Source of the DNA: a virus
Lineage: Duplodnaviria > Heunggongvirae > Uroviricota > Caudoviricetes
DNA: 33,862 bases
Strand: one strand, 5' to 3'
Virus record (IMG/VR): IMGVR_UViG_3300017963_000216
Coordinates: 1-33,862 of that record
In this document: positions 24,165 through 31,803 of the stretch, one piece after another
Layout: each line of letters starts with the position of its first letter
How positions within the stretch are numbered: the first letter of the stretch is position 1
Program-made: the position numbers and the translations under genes
Notes under the pieces: model-generated
Told to the model about the DNA's origin: nothing
What the model saw: only the letters and a program-made list of their open reading frames with translations
The model's database searches: none

Positions 24165-24727
24165 CAGCAGTCCTCCTTCTGAATAACAGGATTGTCACCC
24201 ATCCAGTTGAAGAAGTACCAGCGTCGCGTCCCGTCGTCCCAGCCTTCGGCCACTCGGATCACGTACGCGTACAGCTCGTTCCAGGTGGAGAAGATGTGCT
24301 CGTGCGGAACCTTGCCGAACAGCCAGTCAGGTGCGTTGCACTTGCCTTGCTCGATGTGGAACAGGTTGGGCTTCTTCTGGCGGTTGGCCAGGGAAGTCTC
24401 CTCGTACGTCCCACACGCATGGATGTCGGTGTCGATGTTGGTGATCTGCCAGTCGCAGATGTCCACCATGCGGAGATCGGTGCAGCGGATGGGCTTCATC
24501 TCGGCCCGCACCAGATCATACTTACCCTCCTGCTTCCAACGACGTCGGCGGCGGCGACTAGCGTCGTCCTCCAGCCCCAGGTCGATGGGCTTGCGGGTCG
24601 GGTCCAGCCACTGGATATCCATGCCCGCCATCTCGCATCGGATACGTTTGCGCCAGCCCACGCCAGCGTCCTTTACCCGGTCCATTGCTCCACACAGGTA
24701 GCACCGTGTACCCTTCATTCGGTTCAT
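24164..24727 (-). CDS. nucleoside 2-deoxyribosyltransferase (NDT)-like protein
   Basis: YLCGAM...WRKRI...LDP...DLRMVDICD...GTYEE...A..QKKP. Confidence 0.8.
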   Translation of the reverse strand: MNRMKGTRCYLCGAMDRVKDAGVGWRKRIRCEMAGMDIQWLDPTRKPIDLGLEDDASRRRRRRWKQEGKYDLVRAEMKPIRCTDLRMVDICDWQITNIDTDIHACGTYEETSLANRQKKPNLFHIEQGKCNAPDWLFGKVPHEHIFSTWNELYAYVIRVAEGWDDGTRRWYFFNWMGDNPVIQKEDC

Positions 24728-24915
24728 TAGTAGCCCTTCCCCCGCCCGATGCGGGCCTCACCCAAGCGGTGGCGAACAATGGCGGTTCGGTTGCGGATTG
24801 CCCGCTTCGCCATCTTGCCACACTTGGGGCACTTGACCGTCTTCTTCATGTCGGCCATGCTGTTGGTTCGTTCGATCTCTTCTCCGCACTCACATTCGTA
24901 TTCGTAGATCGCCAT
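24727..24915 (-). CDS. FmdB-family zinc-ribbon protein
   Basis: MAIYEYECECG...VKCPKCG. Confidence 0.8.
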   Translation of the reverse strand: MAIYEYECECGEEIERTNSMADMKKTVKCPKCGKMAKRAIRNRTAIVRHRLGEARIGRGKGY

Positions 24916-25154
24916 CACGTCATCCTTTTTGCGTAAGAGTAGTAAGTTATCTCTGCTTCGGCTTCGACCACCCACGTGGTCTCTCGCCCTGACCAGACAT
25001 CCAGCACAACGACCGTCTCGGGCTTCTCCATCACCGTGTGCTCTTCGTCCCAGTATTCTACTGCCATGCAGGCAGCGTCGCCCATACAGAACGCCTCGAC
25101 CTCGTGTGGGTGCTCCTCGTCGCCTTCTGACCACACTTTGTACGTTCGCTTCAT
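24915..25154 (-). CDS. hypothetical protein, paralog of 3979-4218
   Basis: MKRTYKVW...EVEAF...DAA..AVEYW...TY. Confidence 0.75.
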   Translation of the reverse strand: MKRTYKVWSEGDEEHPHEVEAFCMGDAACMAVEYWDEEHTVMEKPETVVVLDVWSGRETTWVVEAEAEITYYSYAKRMT

Positions 25155-25378
25155 TGCTTCGCCTTCTTCACGACGACGCATCGCTCAGGGTGCTTGATCG
25201 TCACCCGACGTCCTGTCTCGCTCGTGCACTGAACTCCCGGCAAGATAGAGAAGGCGTCCGCCGCTGGGTCACATGACACAACTGCCTTCTTCAGGGACAT
25301 GTCCGACCGTCGTCTGGTAGGGTACACTATCGTGTCTCCCAACTCGATAATCTCGCCCATGAAATCGACATAGGTCAT
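25151..25378 (-). CDS. small SH3-like beta hypothetical protein
   Basis: DFMGEIIELGDTIVY. Confidence 0.7.
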   Translation of the reverse strand: MTYVDFMGEIIELGDTIVYPTRRRSDMSLKKAVVSCDPAADAFSILPGVQCTSETGRRVTIKHPERCVVVKKAKQ

Positions 25379-25611
25379 TCGTCTTTCTCCGTTTCGATGT
25401 ACTCGATGCTCGACGGTTTCACCACCGTGGTGAAGGCGTTCGAGAATCGCAGTAGGTCTTCTAGATCGCTCTGATAAACGCTGGTCTCCAGCTTGTCAGC
25501 AAGCCAGCAGCCCCAGCACACTGGGCACTTGGTCTTGGGTTGTGCGACAGAGGTCTTGAAGGCCCGCTTACGCTTGTGCGTGGGGCACTCCACAACAGAC
25601 CCGTGTCGCAT
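25375..25611 (-). CDS. small zinc-binding hypothetical protein
   Basis: CPTH...CPVCWGCW; GAGG RBS. Confidence 0.65.
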   Translation of the reverse strand: MRHGSVVECPTHKRKRAFKTSVAQPKTKCPVCWGCWLADKLETSVYQSDLEDLLRFSNAFTTVVKPSSIEYIETEKDE

Positions 25612-25624
25612 TATCGCTTTCCTC

Positions 25625-25696
25625 TTAGCCACGGCTTCTCCTGACGATCCGATAAACAATCCTCGCGGTAACCAGCCAGCATATGAGGTGCATCAT
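25625..25696 (-). CDS. 23-aa micropeptide
   Basis: MMHLICWLVTARIVYRIVRRSRG; TAATG overlap. Confidence 0.35.
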   Translation of the reverse strand: MMHLICWLVTARIVYRIVRRSRG

Positions 25697-26028
25697 TAGA
25701 ACGGCCCTCTCTCAGTCAGTCGAGTTTCCATGTCGCGGACAGTGCCGATCACTTTGTCTTCTTCGTCGCGGACGAGCCCAAGGTGCACGGTGACCTTCTC
25801 GGAGTCGACAGGCCCGCAGTCCAGCCAGTAGTGCCCGTCCAGCAACCACTCTTCTGTGGCGAAGTTCAAGCGGCTGTGTGTCTCCCACAACTTGCCTTCG
25901 TTGAACTGGGCCATGAAGATGCCATCTTCAAGGGTTCCACTGGTGAGCACGAGGTGTCCCGGACGACCATAGAACTGCGGTTCGTTGCCGACGTAGGTGC
26001 CGCTGTAGTCGTTATAAAAGCTCACCAT
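25696..26028 (-). CDS. hypothetical protein
   Basis: Co-oriented; overlaps the MTase stop. Confidence 0.65.
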   Translation of the reverse strand: MVSFYNDYSGTYVGNEPQFYGRPGHLVLTSGTLEDGIFMAQFNEGKLWETHSRLNFATEEWLLDGHYWLDCGPVDSEKVTVHLGLVRDEEDKVIGTVRDMETRLTERGPF

Positions 26029-26747
26029 ATCTTCTTCACTCCCTGGTCTGCCGCAATTTGTTCACACGTCTCCGTTGACAGTTCAACCATGACTCCATTG
26101 ACGCCACATCGCGGGGCAACTCGACCCATTGTTCCTGATCCGGCAAATAGATCGACCACCGTGTCCCCTGGAGCGCAACTAAGCCGAATGCATCGTTCGT
26201 ATAATCCTTCGTGCAGCTGAGTCGGAGAGAACTTCCGCCGTTGCTTGGAGTTCCCAGTAACTCGTGGAAAGTCGAAGACATCCCCAGGAACACGTCCTCT
26301 GGGGTCAGCTCGCTTATCTCCGTTGAGTTGTCGCCAGGATGGTACTCGGATTGCATCAGGGTATAACTCCGTTCCTCTCTTCATGACTCGGTAGAGCAGC
26401 CGGTGGTTGTTCCCCAGGTCGTTGTGGTTGTGTTGTCCAAAAGAGAAAGTCTGGATGCACGACTTGGCTTCCCAGCCGTCGCTCCACGACAGCATGTTGT
26501 GGATCACGTGGCCAGCCAGGAACGCGTGACGCGAGTTCAGGGACAGCCAGATGACTTCCGCCTTTTGCATCGAGCAGTACAAGATGTTCTGAAGCATCAG
26601 CTCGTACTGATACTCTGGCATCTTGTCCTTGAAGCCGTTGTACTTCAGGCCGATGTTATCCGGTGGATCTGCGAACACCATCCGGAACGGTCGGCATGTC
26701 CTCAGGTACTCTTCGTACGACTTGTTAACCAATTTGATCTTCGCCAT
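26022..26747 (-). CDS. N6-adenine/N4-cytosine DNA methyltransferase (beta-class order)
   Basis: Motif IV-like FADPPD at the N-terminus; H-like Q-L-H-EGLYERCI; VVDLFAGSGT SAM-binding motif at the C-terminus. Confidence 0.85.
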   Translation of the reverse strand: MAKIKLVNKSYEEYLRTCRPFRMVFADPPDNIGLKYNGFKDKMPEYQYELMLQNILYCSMQKAEVIWLSLNSRHAFLAGHVIHNMLSWSDGWEAKSCIQTFSFGQHNHNDLGNNHRLLYRVMKRGTELYPDAIRVPSWRQLNGDKRADPRGRVPGDVFDFPRVTGNSKQRRKFSPTQLHEGLYERCIRLSCAPGDTVVDLFAGSGTMGRVAPRCGVNGVMVELSTETCEQIAADQGVKKIW

Positions 26748-27030
26748 CAGGCAGCACCTTTCTCATCACAATCCACAGTTCAGGAACCCACTCGCCTTCG
26801 ACGAACTCGTCGCCATCGTCTATGAACGTCACCACGCACTGACCGGTGTCAGACTGGTGCAGCTCGGCGTCCGCCGCCACCGCCGTCATAGCGGCCAGCA
26901 TGTCGTCGCCGAACTGATCCTTGGTGACTACATCTTTCACACGCGGGATGGCAGGTCCGTGCACCATGCCTGTGGTGCCCAGGTCGTCCAGGTGCGAGTA
27001 GTCCGCCGATCTCGATCTGTCGTCTGTCAT
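26725..27030 (-). CDS. acidic hypothetical protein
   Basis: GGAG RBS, ATGA overlap. Confidence 0.65.
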   Translation of the reverse strand: MTDDRSRSADYSHLDDLGTTGMVHGPAIPRVKDVVTKDQFGDDMLAAMTAVAADAELHQSDTGQCVVTFIDDGDEFVEGEWVPELWIVMRKVLPDGEDQIG

Positions 27031-27503
27031 AGCATCACTCCAAACACGTAGCCGTCCCACAGCTTGCCATAGTGCCAGAAGTAATCGCTCTCGCACCCTG
27101 CGATCTTGAACTCGAATCGCTCCAGCCAGCCGCCGATATAGTCGGGGTCTTCCTTGTCCTCTATGCGGTAGCTGGGCACAATGATCTTCATGTCGTGCAT
27201 CTTGTCCGCCATGCCCCGCTTCGACGCCTCACTGAGCAGCTTACGGCTCACTCCGATGCCTCGGAAGTTGGGCAGCACTCCCAGTGTCAACCACAAGGTT
27301 TGAGCGTCGTGATCGACGCTACACGACGCTAGGCCGACGTTCACCTTGCCGACCCTGGCGATGTACACAAAGTGATCGTTGTCTTCCATGTTATTCTTGA
27401 CGCATTCCAAGTCAAGCGGGAATTGAAACGCCTTGACTTCCAAGTCGCGAATAGTTCCAACGAATCGCACTCCAATCGCAGCTTCTGTATTTATCAGTGT
27501 CAT
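27027..27503 (-). CDS. GNAT-family acetyltransferase
   Basis: LGVLPNFRGIGVSRKLL acetyl-CoA binding motif A. Confidence 0.85.
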   Translation of the reverse strand: MTLINTEAAIGVRFVGTIRDLEVKAFQFPLDLECVKNNMEDNDHFVYIARVGKVNVGLASCSVDHDAQTLWLTLGVLPNFRGIGVSRKLLSEASKRGMADKMHDMKIIVPSYRIEDKEDPDYIGGWLERFEFKIAGCESDYFWHYGKLWDGYVFGVML

Positions 27504-28552
27504 CCTCTGAATGGCCTTTCATTGCACATAGCCCAGAAATCATCGTTGCCATCGTTCGGTGGCGGGATGTCCATCACCTGACAACGTTTGTCGCTATCCT
27601 CGCGACTCAGCTCGGTAAAGATGTGTCCGCTATGAACCGTCTCCCACATCGAGGTGATGCGGTTCATCAGGCTGTGCTGCCAGAACTCGGACACTCGGCA
27701 GCGGTGTTGCGCCACTCGGATGAGCGGCTTGAAGTCCTGCACCTCGATGACCTCATCCGAATCCTTGTTCTCGACCAGCATCTTGTCCTGGGCGATCTTG
27801 TCAGGGTTCGGCTTGCAGGCCAGTTGGTCGATGCCGACGATGGTGTCTTCATCGCCCACTTCCATGCCCATCAGCCACGAGTAGATCGTGATCTGGTCGG
27901 CCCATTTCTTATCGACGTCTTCCATCCAGTGAGCACCAATCTTGTGCCCCTTGTGATCCATCTCCTCAAACTTCGGGTGAGGCTTGGAGTGCCCGCCGCC
28001 GCGAGTGGCCTTGCGAGTCTTGGTCGGTTCCCAGCAGTCGATGCACGACCGGTAGAACTTCTTCGGTGACTGCGGACTCTTCGAGCAGTAGCCCATGACC
28101 TTCCAGTCGTACACCACCTGGACGTCCAGCTTGTACCAGAGGTCAGGCTTGCCCACCAGAGGCACCCCCTTCACGTCTCCGGTCAGTTTGAACTCGAAGC
28201 GGGGATCTTCCTCGCTTCGCAGCAACTCCTGTAACAGGGCGTCGTAGATGCCCCAGGTGCGATAGCAGTCGAAGCAATACTTGCCTGCGCCCCACGCCCA
28301 CTCTCGGTTGGCCTCATCCACCTGCTCGTTGAACAGCCGCTTCAGCTCGTACACGCCATCGCCATCGTTGCCAAAGATGTGATGGTGCAGCGCGCACTTC
28401 ACGAAAGCATCGAACGCCGAGCCCACGCTGGCCGGTCGGCTCTGGGGGTCGTACGGAGCCCGGTAGTCGGACAGGTACTTGCGGTAGAAGTCGTCCTTGT
28501 CGCGCTCCCACTGGAACAGCGACGTAGGGGATATGGCTTTCAGCTCTCTCAT
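27500..28552 (-). CDS. PD-(D/E)xK nuclease (RecB/Cas4-like exonuclease)
   Basis: ISPTSL..W...FY..YL, VGSAFD, RFE...LVGKPDL...VYDWKV. Start set at 28552. Confidence 0.85.
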   Translation of the reverse strand: MRELKAISPTSLFQWERDKDDFYRKYLSDYRAPYDPQSRPASVGSAFDAFVKCALHHHIFGNDGDGVYELKRLFNEQVDEANREWAWGAGKYCFDCYRTWGIYDALLQELLRSEEDPRFEFKLTGDVKGVPLVGKPDLWYKLDVQVVYDWKVMGYCSKSPQSPKKFYRSCIDCWEPTKTRKATRGGGHSKPHPKFEEMDHKGHKIGAHWMEDVDKKWADQITIYSWLMGMEVGDEDTIVGIDQLACKPNPDKIAQDKMLVENKDSDEVIEVQDFKPLIRVAQHRCRVSEFWQHSLMNRITSMWETVHSGHIFTELSREDSDKRCQVMDIPPPNDGNDDFWAMCNERPFRG

Positions 28553-28553
28553 G

Positions 28554-29288
28554 TTATACTCCAGAAAGGTAGTTGCGGAACTCGCGTGCGGCCTCGCGAG
28601 ACTTGAAGTCTCGTTGTCGCTCGGTGCTCGGCACGGGTGGTGACGCCAGCGGGTTGAGGCCGAGTGCGTGCAGCGTCTTGTTCCACGGGCTGGTAGAGCC
28701 GCAAGGCAGCGACCGGAAGTCCTCGTAGGCGAACGCGTCGTCGGTGTGGACGCCCAGCACACGTCGATAGAATTGGTCTTGGTCGATGATGGTGGCCAGC
28801 CGCATGGCGATGTTCTCGAACGACAGGTCAGGCTCTCCCTTGGCCTCGTGTGTGCTCTTCCACTGATTGGTAGAGACGGCCTTGGCCAGCGACACAGCCT
28901 GCTGGACCTTGTCCTCGCGGTAGATCCACACCATGTGGTCGAAGCCCATGTCACCGACAGCGAACTCATACTCTTTGGAGATGTGGAGCAGCTGTCCGAT
29001 GTGGACGTGTAGGCTGAAGCAGCCTTTGGGAGCTGTCTTCCGCGTGACGAAGTCCAGGTACTCTGGCAGGCTGAAGGTGTCATAGTTCATCACCTCTTGC
29101 CACGCGGCAAAGTGCTTCTCGTTGAACCACTCGTCTACGATACCCACCTGCCCGTCGTTCGTCAGCACGTCGCAGAACAGGGTGGAGCCAGACCGAGGCG
29201 TCGACACCACCAAGAGGCCAGTCGTCGGTTCTGGGTTGTCTGGCTGGGTCGCCAATGTCTCAAACAGTTCGATGTGAGGGCTGCTCAT
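28554..29288 (-). CDS. Stf0-like PAPS-dependent sulfotransferase
   Basis: VSTPRSGSTLFCDVL (5'-PSB loop), EWFN, IYREDKVQQAVSLAKAVSTNQW (3'-PB helix). Confidence 0.85.
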   Translation of the reverse strand: MSSPHIELFETLATQPDNPEPTTGLLVVSTPRSGSTLFCDVLTNDGQVGIVDEWFNEKHFAAWQEVMNYDTFSLPEYLDFVTRKTAPKGCFSLHVHIGQLLHISKEYEFAVGDMGFDHMVWIYREDKVQQAVSLAKAVSTNQWKSTHEAKGEPDLSFENIAMRLATIIDQDQFYRRVLGVHTDDAFAYEDFRSLPCGSTSPWNKTLHALGLNPLASPPVPSTERQRDFKSREAAREFRNYLSGV

Positions 29289-29527
29289 TCGACGCTCCCT
29301 GTGTAGCTGGCTGCCCCTTGGTCGCAACCAGGGGTCGTGACGTCGGCCTCTTCATGGACGAACACGTTGAGGATCACGCAGCCATCCCACTTCTTACTCT
29401 TCAGCTTCTTCACATAGAAGTCGACGGGGTTGAGAAATGTCAGCTCGGTGGCGACGTCGGATACCGGCTTCTTCTTCTTTGATTCGTTTGTGAACATCTC
29501 GTAAGTGATGAGATACTGGGTTGTCAT
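29285..29527 (-). CDS. hypothetical protein
   Basis: GGAG RBS; ATGA overlap. Confidence 0.6.
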   Translation of the reverse strand: MTTQYLITYEMFTNESKKKKPVSDVATELTFLNPVDFYVKKLKSKKWDGCVILNVFVHEEADVTTPGCDQGAASYTGSVE

Positions 29528-29802
29528 ATCGGTATAACTCCTGACAGGACAAGGACTAACGTCAACATCAGTAGGGCGATGATGACTGAGAAATACAGAG
29601 GTAAGTGCCGCAGCCACTCGGTCGCGATCCAGGTGCCGAACACCTTGAAGGACACCATGGCCCAGATGCCGAAGTTGACCATGACGATGCGCGCCAGTGG
29701 GTTCAGCTCCATGTCGGCGGTAAGCCATTGGCAGCACCAGACGTCAGCTGCTGTAACCAGCCAGATGAACCCGATCAGGTGCGTGCGAATAATGTTCTTC
29801 AT
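29524..29802 (-). CDS. membrane protein (DUF5658-like E-x-NP motif)
   Basis: Three hydrophobic helices; D...ELNPL...K pattern; first gene after promoter 29849. Confidence 0.6.
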   Translation of the reverse strand: MKNIIRTHLIGFIWLVTAADVWCCQWLTADMELNPLARIVMVNFGIWAMVSFKVFGTWIATEWLRHLPLYFSVIIALLMLTLVLVLSGVIPI

Positions 29803-29814
29803 GCGTTATCTCCA

Positions 29815-29849
29815 CACTAAATCATACCATGCGGAATGGGAGCTGTCAA
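29815..29849 (-). promoter_or_regulatory. sigma70-type promoter (subtype B)
   Basis: Minus strand TTGACA(29849-29844)-N17-TATGAT(29826-29821)-TTAGTG; shares CGCATGGTAnGATTTAGTG with 1466. Confidence 0.85.
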
Positions 29850-30103
29850 ATATAATTATACGGGTTCTGATCACCTTCTTCGAGCCCTACGGCGTATCCT
29901 TCCTCGTAGCCTTCCTCGTGGCCTTCGGCCTTGCCGTCCACCACACCGTCTTCGTAGCCAACGTCGTAGGCGTGCTCATTCGCCTTCTGGCCAGTAGTCT
30001 CCATCTCGTCCTGGAACAGATTCTCCAAACGATCTGCCATTGCAGCAGCCGCTTCCCGGACAGGGATCGCCGTCTTGATCATCGATAGGATCTTGAGGTA
30101 CAT
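29846..30103 (-). CDS. small protein with GxxxG (GYEDG/GYEEG) repeats
   Basis: AYDVGYEDGVVDGKAEGHEEGYEEGYAVGLEEG. Confidence 0.65.
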   Translation of the reverse strand: MYLKILSMIKTAIPVREAAAAMADRLENLFQDEMETTGQKANEHAYDVGYEDGVVDGKAEGHEEGYEEGYAVGLEEGDQNPYNYI

Positions 30104-30341
30104 AAAACTTGCTTCTCTTTCTCCAGTTGTTTCGTTCGTCCACTTCCCTGTACCGATAGTCGTCCTTGTCAGCCTCACACCAGTCGTCGCGAGGGTACTT
30201 CTCAAGCACCTTCTGCGCACCCTTGATAGACTCGAACAGTCCACAGTCTACTCCGGTGCCGTTGTAGTATTCCACGCGGGCACGGAATTTGAGGTTCTCA
30301 AGCCTGATGTTTTTGTCCTTCACATCAGATGAGTTTCTCAT
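29976..30341 (-). CDS. hypothetical protein (3' end overlaps the next gene by 128 nt)
   Basis: Plausible N-terminal 80 aa; the tail looks like off-frame read-through. Confidence 0.45.
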   Translation of the reverse strand: MRNSSDVKDKNIRLENLKFRARVEYYNGTGVDCGLFESIKGAQKVLEKYPRDDWCEADKDDYRYREVDERNNWRKRSKFYVPQDPIDDQDGDPCPGSGCCNGRSFGESVPGRDGDYWPEGE

Positions 30342-30591
30342 AGACTGGCTTTCTCTTGTCTAAGTGGCAGTTGACAGACCAAGGTGCTATGTCGCCCTCG
30401 TACACATCGAGCGGCATCATGTCGTGCAGGGTGCGAGCACGTGCCAGCGTAGGCTGCACCAACACCATCTCCTGATCCCCGCTTCTCAGGATGACGTTGA
30501 ACTGGCCGTCTTCTCGGGGCTCTATTCGCCGCTCGTAGGCGACAGGCTCATACCTGTCGCAAGTAGCGTGCAATCTTCGGAATTCCATCAT
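30325..30591 (-). CDS. hypothetical protein
   Basis: Gap-filling ORF; start overlaps the ligase and is uncertain. Confidence 0.5.
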   Translation of the reverse strand: MMEFRRLHATCDRYEPVAYERRIEPREDGQFNVILRSGDQEMVLVQPTLARARTLHDMMPLDVYEGDIAPWSVNCHLDKRKPVYEKLI

Positions 30592-31642
30592 CGCTCAGCT
30601 CCATGTATCTGAATTCAACTGTGTCACCGATCTTGAAATGCTTGCCCTGGGTGCCGGAAGGCATGTCCTTACCAGGGGCTAGCGCAGCGATGTTCGTGTC
30701 GAACGGGGTGGCGAACCTGCGCTCCTCATCCGTGAACCCACTCAGCTCCAGCCGCTTGCCGTTGTAGTCCAGTATCAGAGCACCGATCAAACCGAGCAGC
30801 TTGGAACCCTTGTTGGTCTTGCGGCCACTCACGAAGCCTGTGACGGTTCCCTGGTCGTCCGCGAACTTCTTCACCTTCAGCAGGTCCTTGACTCGCTTGG
30901 GCAGCCAGATCGAGTCGGGCTGTCTCAGCATGAGGCCTTCGCCTCCAACGTCCAGCACGTTACTCATCATCGTGTCGATCTTGGCCTCGGCCTTGGATCG
31001 GTCACCCGGCAGGAGTACGTGCTGGTGGAGGTAGACGACGTCGCTCTCGGCGGGGAGGCTGGCCTGCAACAGTTGCAGCTCCTGCTCGAACGTCTGACTT
31101 GGGATATGGACGAACGATTCGAGGAAGCCGTTGTCGGCCCGGCGTTGCACGAACTTCATAATGGTCATCTGGTCGATGTCACACACGAAGCCGGGGTTCT
31201 TAATCTCGCCTTGGGCAAACACCTGCGTCGGACACGGGGCCCCGAACACCGCCAGCTTCACATCTCGCCACCGGTCGTCGCTGGCGTCGTGCTTGCCTGT
31301 GATAGACCGCAGCGTCTGGAAGTTACCACGACCAGCGAACAGCTCGCCGTCCAGGAACATCGCAGGCAGTTGGTTGAGCCACCAGTCAGGTGCGCACACT
31401 GGGTTGCCTAGGCGAGTCCACAGACCGGTCGAGAACTCTTTGATCTTCTTCTTCCGCTCGCCGGGTTCCTTCGGGTTCATGATACCAGCCCAGGGAACAT
31501 CCTCTGTACGCATGCCACGGGTGATGCCGCCGTCCCACAGGACTCGTGTACCATCCAGCTTCTCGGAGACGTACATGCCCGATGGGTCGTGCTTGCCTTC
31601 CTCGAAGACCTTTGCCAGTTGTAGGAATTCTCGTCTTGCCAT
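30548..31642 (-). CDS. ATP-dependent DNA ligase
   Basis: SEKLDG (motif I), LDGELF (III), EGLMLR (IV), LLKVK (V), C-terminal OB fold ...IGDTVEFRYMELSDDGIPK. Start set at 31642. Confidence 0.92.
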   Translation of the reverse strand: MARREFLQLAKVFEEGKHDPSGMYVSEKLDGTRVLWDGGITRGMRTEDVPWAGIMNPKEPGERKKKIKEFSTGLWTRLGNPVCAPDWWLNQLPAMFLDGELFAGRGNFQTLRSITGKHDASDDRWRDVKLAVFGAPCPTQVFAQGEIKNPGFVCDIDQMTIMKFVQRRADNGFLESFVHIPSQTFEQELQLLQASLPAESDVVYLHQHVLLPGDRSKAEAKIDTMMSNVLDVGGEGLMLRQPDSIWLPKRVKDLLKVKKFADDQGTVTGFVSGRKTNKGSKLLGLIGALILDYNGKRLELSGFTDEERRFATPFDTNIAALAPGKDMPSGTQGKHFKIGDTVEFRYMELSDDGIPKIARYLRQV

Positions 31643-31803
31643 CAGTTCACCTTGTACAGCCACATCTGGGCTTCTTCGAGTTTGGTTAGTGCGAGGGACA
31701 ACTCCCGCGAGGGTGAGTTGGTCTTCACACGTGTCAAGCAACGCAACGCTTTGATGATGTCCATGCGGGCGTCAGACAGGTCCCGGCTATCGTACTCATT
31801 CAT
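31642..31803 (-). CDS. 53-aa Acb2/Tad1-like helical hairpin protein (not in ORF track)
   Basis: MNEYDSRDLSDARMDIIKALRCLTRVKTNSPSRELSLALTKLEEAQMWLYKVN; overlaps both neighbours. Confidence 0.7.
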   Translation of the reverse strand: MNEYDSRDLSDARMDIIKALRCLTRVKTNSPSRELSLALTKLEEAQMWLYKVN

